Origin: an uncultured Pseudomonadota bacterium
Lineage (GTDB): Bacteria > Pseudomonadota > Alphaproteobacteria > Rs-D84
Length of the DNA stretch: 64,000 bases
Reading direction: 5' to 3'
NCBI GenBank assembly: GCA_902795435.1
Contig: CADBLE010000001.1
Span: 9,754-73,753 of the forward strand
The notes below the pieces were generated by a model. The model was not told the DNA's origin and did not search any database. It saw only the letters and a program-made list of their open reading frames with translations. The translations under genes were made by a program, and so were the position numbers. This document shows, piece by piece, positions 9,985 to 17,190 of this stretch (position 1 is the first letter of the stretch; every line of letters starts with the position of its first letter).

Positions 9985-11228
9985 TTCTTACCGTCTTTTT
10001 TGTCGTCTTTCTTATCTTCCTTTTTATCTTCTTTCTTTTCTTCTTCTTTTTTCTTTGACTCAGCAAGTGCCTTATCAGGATTTGCAATTGTTTTTGCAAC
10101 CTGTTTAACATTATCAACCATTATATTGGTCAATGCTAACACATTATCACCCATTTCTTTGGATAAAGAATCTTCTTGTTTTACACCAAATGTATCCAAC
10201 AACTTTTTCGTTATTTCTGGAATTTGTTTTTCTATGTATTCAAGAACATAAACCAAAACAATTGAACCCGCTAATGTCAATTCTTCTACGGTTGAATTAT
10301 CCAGATCAAAATCAAAAAATGATTCTGCAGAATTCTGAATTGCATCTGCATCAACACCGTTTTGATTCAGAAAACCACGAATCAACAACATGATTATTGT
10401 ATATGTCAAAATAGCAGATGACATAGACACAATTGCATTTACCAATTTCTTAATTTGACCAGCACCCAATGAACCACCTAATTTTTCCATCCATTTTGGT
10501 AAATCTTTTGCGCCCTTGAATATAAACAAGACAACAGATAATGGAAAAAAGAAACCAAACATTGCCATTGCTATGATAACGTCCATAAAACAAAAAGAAT
10601 AATGGATAAACAATTTTCCGAATTTATAGGTTAAAAATAAACCAATTATGAAAATCAGAATATGTTTTATTAAATGACCAATTCCAAATAATGCCTTGAT
10701 AGAAAACGCAGAATCCATAATTGCGACACCTATTTTTACATACACTTGGAAATTAGCAATACTGGTTTCTATTATTTTTATAAGCGTGTCACGTAATTCT
10801 GGATTAAATAAACCTTTGTCATCCAAATTTATGCTTTGGTAATTTTCTGGGATTTGATAATCTTTTGGTAACAAGGTTTTTGAATAACCTAATGTCATAA
10901 CTGCGGCTGGTTCAAATGTGATTTTGGAAATAATTTTTGGAACGGTAATCCCCAGGCTGAGTATAGATAGAGCCAGTAAAGATTTAATCAACACAGGTTT
11001 TAATGATTTATGAAAGAAAGGATCTTCAAAACCGCTTTTCATGTTTTGCCAAACAGCGTTTATAACATAAAAAGAAAACAATAAACAAAATATAATAACA
11101 CTGATGATGGTTAAACGCTGGTATGCCGCAGACGCAGCATTTGAAATAATAGAAAACAAAGAATCAAATACTGGACATGTCCAACATTGCATTCCTGAAT
11201 CTATTAAAGAGTTTGCCAGTGCTTCCAT
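9981..11228 (-). CDS. VirB6/TrbL-like polytopic membrane protein, paralogue 3 of 5, with Lys/Glu/Asp tail
   Basis: CWTCPVFD motif, TM helices, and C-terminal KKKEEEKKEDKKEDKKDDKKDGKK. There is a 4-nt overlap with the next gene. Confidence 0.5.
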   Translation of the reverse strand: MEALANSLIDSGMQCWTCPVFDSLFSIISNAASAAYQRLTIISVIIFCLLFSFYVINAVWQNMKSGFEDPFFHKSLKPVLIKSLLALSILSLGITVPKIISKITFEPAAVMTLGYSKTLLPKDYQIPENYQSINLDDKGLFNPELRDTLIKIIETSIANFQVYVKIGVAIMDSAFSIKALFGIGHLIKHILIFIIGLFLTYKFGKLFIHYSFCFMDVIIAMAMFGFFFPLSVVLFIFKGAKDLPKWMEKLGGSLGAGQIKKLVNAIVSMSSAILTYTIIMLLIRGFLNQNGVDADAIQNSAESFFDFDLDNSTVEELTLAGSIVLVYVLEYIEKQIPEITKKLLDTFGVKQEDSLSKEMGDNVLALTNIMVDNVKQVAKTIANPDKALAESKKKEEEKKEDKKEDKKDDKKDGKK

Positions 11229-11231
11229 TTT

Positions 11232-12533
11232 TTATTTCTTTTTTGACGCCTTTTCGCCGATATCCCAAATTGTTTCTATTTTTCCAGGTATTGCTTTTAT
11301 CTTTTTCCAATATTCTGATAAATCGCCTGTTACTTGGGTGTGTAAATCGTGTTTTGTTCCAGATGTATACATATCCAATCTTTCGCGTGTCATTTTGAAT
11401 ATGTTTTGCATCAAGAAAAATGTCAAAATTGCAGACAGCCATAAAATAGAATGTTGACCAAAATTCATAGCGGTATTTGTAATTGCAGGAACATTTGAAT
11501 TCGAAACACCGTTTGCACCAACAACGAATACAGATGAAGACCAATTAAACAAAGCACGAACAACAGCGATATTTACGCATAATATGAACGCGCAAGCAAT
11601 CATAGTTATAACCAGTTTCTTTAATGAATCTACTATCTGGTTAAATGCCGGCCATATATCAAACCATTTATTTGATTTTTTTGCCACCCATGCCAACACA
11701 TTAAATGGATACATAATCAAAGCCAAACAAAAATCAAAAATCGCCTGGATAATAAGCAACGACATAAACAGGTTCGCAGACACAAAAGCAACCAACAATA
11801 ATATTCCAGTTATTATATTCAATATTGGTTCTGGGTTATGTAAAAACAGAGTCAATATACTGCGAACACCAGTTTTCAAGAAACCGAAAGCATATTTTAT
11901 AACTTTGTTGTTTTCTTTGGAAATAATATAAACAGGTTTGATTAAGAAATCACAACTTCGTTTTGATATCCAACCAGATTCTTCAATAGATGCTGGGCAA
12001 ATTGGTGCGTTTTGAGATTCTGCAGTCGTAGATGTGACGGTGGTCAATATTCCTTCGGTATATATTGAACCAAATTCTAAGAAAGGATTCACCACCCATT
12101 CAGTTACATATACAGGTTTTATTTGTAATAACAGAAATATTGCAACTATTGCACGAACACAAGGTTTCATGACATTATCAGCAATTGACCAAGCAGTTGT
12201 TTTACCGTCCCACATTTCACCGCCATCACTGAACCCGATAAACGACAACCAATCTTTTGGTAAATGCATTTTCGCCAAATACAAAGATAAATAAAACAGC
12301 AAGAAAGCATAAACCAAGATATAAATAATACCGTCGCCCTGGCCAACAAAATAGTCATATAGAGATGTGGCGATGTTCATCATTGTTTCAAGAACCAATG
12401 GGACGAATGGTGCAAGATTAAAAGAATCAATTATATCTGCGTGCGCTGGTTGGGAACAACACAGTAAAAAAATCCCAACACAAACCATGTTGCGACAAAA
12501 AGTTCGTAAGAAATTTTTGTTAAAAAAACGCAT
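11232..12533 (-). CDS. VirB6/TrbL-like polytopic membrane protein, paralogue 4 of 5
   Basis: First gene of the minus-strand operon. Signal peptide ending AHADII, Cys-pair loop, TM helices, and YWKKIKAIPGKIETIW tail. Confidence 0.5.
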   Translation of the reverse strand: MRFFNKNFLRTFCRNMVCVGIFLLCCSQPAHADIIDSFNLAPFVPLVLETMMNIATSLYDYFVGQGDGIIYILVYAFLLFYLSLYLAKMHLPKDWLSFIGFSDGGEMWDGKTTAWSIADNVMKPCVRAIVAIFLLLQIKPVYVTEWVVNPFLEFGSIYTEGILTTVTSTTAESQNAPICPASIEESGWISKRSCDFLIKPVYIISKENNKVIKYAFGFLKTGVRSILTLFLHNPEPILNIITGILLLVAFVSANLFMSLLIIQAIFDFCLALIMYPFNVLAWVAKKSNKWFDIWPAFNQIVDSLKKLVITMIACAFILCVNIAVVRALFNWSSSVFVVGANGVSNSNVPAITNTAMNFGQHSILWLSAILTFFLMQNIFKMTRERLDMYTSGTKHDLHTQVTGDLSEYWKKIKAIPGKIETIWDIGEKASKKK

Positions 12534-12605
12534 TCTCTCTCTTATATATATTTTTTATTATTGAATTATATCACATTTTACATAATTTGTGGTATAATTA
12601 AAATC

Positions 12606-13898
12606 ATGAAAGTGTTAAAAAATTTTTGGCTATGGTTTTTAGCATTGTTTCCATTTGGTGCTAATGCAGTTGTGCCATTGGTTATTGGTGGTGCAGCGGT
12701 TGGTGCTGGGATAATAGGGGTTTCTATTTGGCGCAGTTCTACGCCTGTTGATATGGCCAGTGCGCTTGAATTTTTTTCTGCATGTTGGACGTGCCAAATG
12801 TTTTCAGATGTTATGATTTCTATGTCTAATTTGTTGCCAAAGGTTTATTCTGCAATCGGTAAAATAGTTATTCCAATGGCGGGCGGGTTGTTAGCATTGT
12901 TTATTGCATGGCGATTAGTATCTGGTTTTTTGAATGGAAAACTGGAAGAAGGTTCTAAATTGATGGGGAATTTTACTTCGTATTTCGTTAAATTTGTGGT
13001 TTTAGTTACGTTGTTGTTGTTGCCATTACCACGAATCATTACTTCTGTTCTGATGGAACCGGGTTTGACAATTGGAACATCACTTGATTACGCAGTTTCT
13101 GATAATAACAAATTTTCAGAATGTATGATTGCAACGGCGGTCGCAGATCCGGTTACTGCTTCTGCATCGGCGTCTTCGTATGGTGCATTTTCACCAAAAT
13201 TACGGCACCAATTGGCATGTGAAATTGCAAATGTTCATCAGGTAACTGGTTTGGGTATGATGGTTGGTTGGACAATGATGAATATGGCTTTTGATAGTGA
13301 TTATGAACATAAAATATTTTGGGTAATGCCTATATTTCCGAACATTCCAATATTTTTTGCGGGTCTTTTGATATTTGTATTGTATTTTATAGCATTGTTG
13401 CCAATACCACTATATTTTCTGGAAGTATTTGTTAAATTGTCTATGGATTTAATCATGTTGCCATTGATGTTGATGTCTTGGATGTTTGAAGATAAAAATT
13501 TTGATTTGTTTCCAAAAGGTGGCAGAACGATTCGCCAAATGATAGATGATGTTATCAAAGCGATTGTTGGAATTGCATTGACTGTGGTATTTTTAACATT
13601 TTCTATCATGGTGTTAAATGCAGCATTTGGTTCTTTCTATGGTTCAGATGTTTTAATGACCGCGATAGAGAAAAACGATTCGAAATTTTTGATAGACGGC
13701 TTGATGATGGCGAATAACAGCATTGTTACAGTGGTTTTGTTGGGTATATTTATGGCCATGTTTATGACCATGATTCCACAATTGACTAATATGTTATTCA
13801 AGATACAAATATCAGAAAAATACTATGAAACCGCAAAAAGTGATATGAAAATAATGTGGGAAAACGCTAAAAAATGGGCGTCCGCAATAAAAAAATAA
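12606..13898 (+). CDS. VirB6/TrbL-like polytopic membrane protein, paralogue 5 of 5 (divergent)
   Basis: Start moved to ATG 12606 (MKVLKNFWLWF...). CWTCQMFSD motif, Cys-pair loop, TM helices, and tail MWENAKKWASAIKK. Confidence 0.5.
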   Translation: MKVLKNFWLWFLALFPFGANAVVPLVIGGAAVGAGIIGVSIWRSSTPVDMASALEFFSACWTCQMFSDVMISMSNLLPKVYSAIGKIVIPMAGGLLALFIAWRLVSGFLNGKLEEGSKLMGNFTSYFVKFVVLVTLLLLPLPRIITSVLMEPGLTIGTSLDYAVSDNNKFSECMIATAVADPVTASASASSYGAFSPKLRHQLACEIANVHQVTGLGMMVGWTMMNMAFDSDYEHKIFWVMPIFPNIPIFFAGLLIFVLYFIALLPIPLYFLEVFVKLSMDLIMLPLMLMSWMFEDKNFDLFPKGGRTIRQMIDDVIKAIVGIALTVVFLTFSIMVLNAAFGSFYGSDVLMTAIEKNDSKFLIDGLMMANNSIVTVVLLGIFMAMFMTMIPQLTNMLFKIQISEKYYETAKSDMKIMWENAKKWASAIKK

Positions 13899-13966
13899 AA
13901 AATCAAGTAATTTATTTAACTTTCACTACTTTTTTCATTGAACCGAATCTGATATAATTCACAGTG

Positions 13967-14476
13967 ATGAGAAGTTTTCCGATTCTTTATTGGCCAGGTT
14001 CAACAAATGGTAACACAGATTACCAGTTGGCACGCAAGGTTATAAATAATGACACTGGTATTATGCCAGATGTTATTCTTGATGATTTTGATTTAGGCGA
14101 AATTTTCAAGAAGAACATAGATGCCACTATTTATTATCCTGTGTTTTGCGAATCAACTGGCTGGTGGGGTGAATTATTGGGTGGAAACGGTGTTATCGTT
14201 GAAAAAATCATTATTTCCCCAGAATGTCAATTGATGGTAATTGTCGCTGAATCAAAGGCGAAACCACATGGAAAACAACAATTATTTGCCGCTGAAATCC
14301 GTCCAACCAGCGGTTTTTTCAAGAAAATGAATTCATCTATCGCAACGGTGTCTGATATGTTGGCAACAGATGCGGGAACAATTTTGGCTTTGTTCAAGGG
14401 TAAAAATCAAAACCAATTCATAAATATCTTGGAATCTACGGGTAATTCATACCTGGGGTGTATTGGACAATATTAA
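13967..14476 (+). CDS. Hypothetical soluble protein (about 169 aa)
   Basis: Clean ORF in the coding orientation of its neighbours. No motif recognised. Confidence 0.4.
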   Translation: MRSFPILYWPGSTNGNTDYQLARKVINNDTGIMPDVILDDFDLGEIFKKNIDATIYYPVFCESTGWWGELLGGNGVIVEKIIISPECQLMVIVAESKAKPHGKQQLFAAEIRPTSGFFKKMNSSIATVSDMLATDAGTILALFKGKNQNQFINILESTGNSYLGCIGQY

Positions 14477-14495
14477 AAAAACTCTGTAATTTATC

Positions 14496-14523
14496 TTGAT
14501 TTTACGAAAAAACCAGGTATAAT
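14496..14523 (+). promoter_or_regulatory. sigma70-type promoter for rpmE
   Basis: TTGATT (14496-14501), 16-nt spacer, TATAAT (14518-14523). Confidence 0.55.
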
Positions 14524-14566
14524 CTTTCGGCTAGTAAGTTTTACAAAAAATAAAAAGGACATAAAG

Positions 14567-14779
14567 ATGAAAAAAGGAATTCATCCAGAATATCATGAAA
14601 TCAACGTCACAACAACTGACGGAAAAACAGTAAAAATGTATTCTTCTGTTAAAAAAGATTTGATTTTATCAACAGATAATTTGAACCATCCTGCATGGAC
14701 CGGCCAACGTAATAACGAAGGTGCCAAAGGTAAACGTGCAGAAGAATTCAAAAGCAAATTTGCTGGATTTAATTTTTAA
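14567..14779 (+). CDS. rpmE: 50S ribosomal protein L31 (Cys-less form)
   Basis: MKKGIHPEYHEINV...HPAWTG is the L31 signature. AAGGA RBS present. Confidence 0.9.
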   Translation: MKKGIHPEYHEINVTTTDGKTVKMYSSVKKDLILSTDNLNHPAWTGQRNNEGAKGKRAEEFKSKFAGFNF

Positions 14780-14806
14780 TAATTCTCTGAATTTGAGGGG
14801 GATATT

Positions 14807-15517
14807 ATGGATTTGCTGATAAAAGGTTCAACAGAATTAAATAAAATGTTTGCTGCGTTGCAAAATACAGCAACGGGTTTGCGCCATGATTTTGGCGAAG
14901 TTGAAAATTTACAGCAATCTCTGCGTGGTGCACGCGATTTCGTAGCCAAGGCATCTGCAAGAATCGAAGAAAGCATTCTTGACGATTTGCAATTGGTTCG
15001 CCCAAGTGCCGGTTTGTTGACCCCAAATGTTTCTAAATCAGGCGAAGGCCGCGATGAATTTGTTCTGGCATTATCTGGCGCGGGCAATTTTGTTCGTGGA
15101 AATCCACATTTTGCGATTTCTTTGGCGTTGCGTTCAAACGGCGAAACAAAAATAGCATTGGTTTATTCCCCAATCGAAGACAGATTATATTATGCCGAAG
15201 CGGGCAATGGCGCATATATCTTTTATGCGTATCATTCTGAAAAAATCCATGTTTCTAATTTGGTTGAACCACGCGATTTAACAATTGGTTATAATACAAC
15301 CGGAATGCGCCCAGTAATAGAAGGAACCGCATTGGAAACGGGTTGTCCTGCATTGGATTTGGCATTTGTTGCATCTGGTAAAATGGACGCGTTTGTTTCA
15401 GACCCAATTGATTTTGCAGAAATTGCCGCCGGTGAATTATTGGTTCGTGAAGCGGGCGGAAAAATCAAAATAGATGGTGCGGATATAATCGTAACAAATG
15501 GCCGTGTTGAATTATAA
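14807..15517 (+). CDS. Inositol monophosphatase/SuhB-family protein with degenerate metal-binding motifs
   Basis: The C-terminal half aligns by eye with SuhB (PHFAISLAL, ALDLAFVASGKMDAF, AAGELLVREAGG). The DPxDGT motif is replaced by LALSGAGNF. Confidence 0.65.
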   Translation: MDLLIKGSTELNKMFAALQNTATGLRHDFGEVENLQQSLRGARDFVAKASARIEESILDDLQLVRPSAGLLTPNVSKSGEGRDEFVLALSGAGNFVRGNPHFAISLALRSNGETKIALVYSPIEDRLYYAEAGNGAYIFYAYHSEKIHVSNLVEPRDLTIGYNTTGMRPVIEGTALETGCPALDLAFVASGKMDAFVSDPIDFAEIAAGELLVREAGGKIKIDGADIIVTNGRVEL

Positions 15518-15540
15518 ATAAATGAAAAAGCAATAAACAA

Positions 15541-15571
15541 AAACACCTGCGAATTCGCAGGTGTTTTTTTG
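15541..15571 (+). terminator. Rho-independent terminator
   Basis: ACACCTGCGAATTCGCAGGTGT palindrome plus T-run. Confidence 0.7.
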
Positions 15572-15644
15572 TGTGAAAAAAATACTTGCACAACGAATCG
15601 CTTTTTTTGTAAAGTGAAAATAGGAAAAAGGAAAGGAGAAAACC

Positions 15645-16880
15645 ATGAAACAAAAAATCTTTTTAACAAGCGCTATTGCGCTTGGGGTTACATATCCTGC
15701 CATGGCTGTGCCAACAAATACGGGAACATTCCCAAATGACGGTTATATGCAGGAAGATTACACATATACCAATGCGGCAACCGCAGACAACATGGACAGC
15801 GTATATGAAGGGTCTGTCAACGCGATTGCGGAATATACAGAAATTCCATATTCAGCCGCAGAAGGTTTTTATTTAACCGGTGTTGATGATAACAATAATG
15901 CAACAACAGCCGAATGTACATCTGGCAATTTCTGTCCGGGGGTTCAATCAACAACATACGAAAACAATGCATTCGGAAATACCGGTTTGCAATCATGTTC
16001 AACAGCAACAAGTGGGGCGTATACATTGTCAGACGCGGGTGCATCAAGCAGTGACCAGTGTTATAGAACATGTAGCGGTAATATAACATTATCACATGCA
16101 ACTGGCGTAAGTGGTAATGATTATTATGACGGAACAAATACATGTGAACCAACAGGCTGTGAAAACGGATGGCATGTTAAACCAAGATTGAATTTAACAT
16201 CAACAATTGGAACCAGTGAAGGCGCTACCATCAGAGCATATATAGACAATAAAGGTAGATTCATTGAAGAGGGTGCAAGTCATGGACAAAGTTATTATGG
16301 CATAACAGATAATAACACATGGGCGGTAGATTACGGTTCGTCCAAAGGAATGTTGGTTGGGCAGGTCCGTTGCAGCACAACACCAGGTACAATAAATTGG
16401 GGTCATGGTATCACAACTACAACATTCTCAACCGAAACAAATATAGCAGATGAAACAGGACAAGAAGGGGCACAATATTGTTATTGTAATGTAACGGGAT
16501 ATAAAGATGGAAATGGCAACTTGCAAAGCTTGTCTTCTGTTTGGGTGTTCGGCGTCGACCTCGACAGTGCGTCTTATTGTGCTAGGGACTGCTCTTACCG
16601 CTGTTCGAACTACATGCGTAGCGACGACTCGGACTACCTCGTGTTGCGTGCTGAGGTGTTAGATTCTGTTACAGGCTTTCAATCAGAACCAGCCTCATGT
16701 GAAGCAAATGTTATCAACATTAATTGGTATAATGCAGATGCAAACGATATATCCGCAAACAATGCGGGAACCGCCACATACGGTTCTGACGTTCGTACCC
16801 CTGTTAAAGCCCAGACCATTAAGGGTAAAACATTCAAGGGTTGGCGTTTCAGCAAACCAGAACAAACCGATTTGCCATAA
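15645..16880 (+). CDS. Cys-rich exported protein with C-terminal B-repeat-like module
   Basis: Signal peptide ...YPAMAVP and many Cys. The C-terminal INWYN...GKTFKGWRF resembles Listeria-Bacteroides/InlB B-type repeats. Confidence 0.7.
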   Translation: MKQKIFLTSAIALGVTYPAMAVPTNTGTFPNDGYMQEDYTYTNAATADNMDSVYEGSVNAIAEYTEIPYSAAEGFYLTGVDDNNNATTAECTSGNFCPGVQSTTYENNAFGNTGLQSCSTATSGAYTLSDAGASSSDQCYRTCSGNITLSHATGVSGNDYYDGTNTCEPTGCENGWHVKPRLNLTSTIGTSEGATIRAYIDNKGRFIEEGASHGQSYYGITDNNTWAVDYGSSKGMLVGQVRCSTTPGTINWGHGITTTTFSTETNIADETGQEGAQYCYCNVTGYKDGNGNLQSLSSVWVFGVDLDSASYCARDCSYRCSNYMRSDDSDYLVLRAEVLDSVTGFQSEPASCEANVININWYNADANDISANNAGTATYGSDVRTPVKAQTIKGKTFKGWRFSKPEQTDLP

Positions 16881-16900
16881 CAGGCAAACCGAGGTTATGG

Positions 16901-16927
16901 CACCCCGTTTCAACGGGGTGTTTTTTT
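16901..16927 (+). terminator. Rho-independent terminator
   Basis: CACCCCG-TTTCAA-CGGGGTG plus T7. Confidence 0.7.
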
Positions 16928-17190
16928 GTCTCGATAAGGCTTTTGTCATTGCGAATGAGTATTGTCGGCGACCGTGTTCGTCGCAATACGAATGTGGCAA
17001 TCCAGGTTATAAAAGTTTCGGCAGAATGCCGATACAGTCATAAAATCAACAACAATGGTTGTTGTATTTTATTCCTCGGGATGACAAATGAACCCTCCCT
17101 GTCTTGCTGATGCAAGGCACCCCAATTTATTCGGTGTTTTTTTTATTCATATACTTGCATTGTTCAAATATTTAACATAAAATTAAATGT

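Noticed and set aside
16545-16658. Diversity-generating retroelement variable region as the explanation for the GC-rich patch
   Set aside because: No reverse transcriptase ORF exists anywhere in the window. I found no template-repeat copy of the 114 nt in the downstream spacer or elsewhere. The patch is about 75 codons from the C-terminus rather than at it.
16699-17110. Track ORFs 16699..17043, 16841..17110 and 16695..17000(-) as genes in the PBP1A upstream spacer
   Set aside because: They run across a strong terminator and several hairpins, overlap the 3' end of a supported gene in other frames, and have no RBS. The region is better treated as non-coding and structured.
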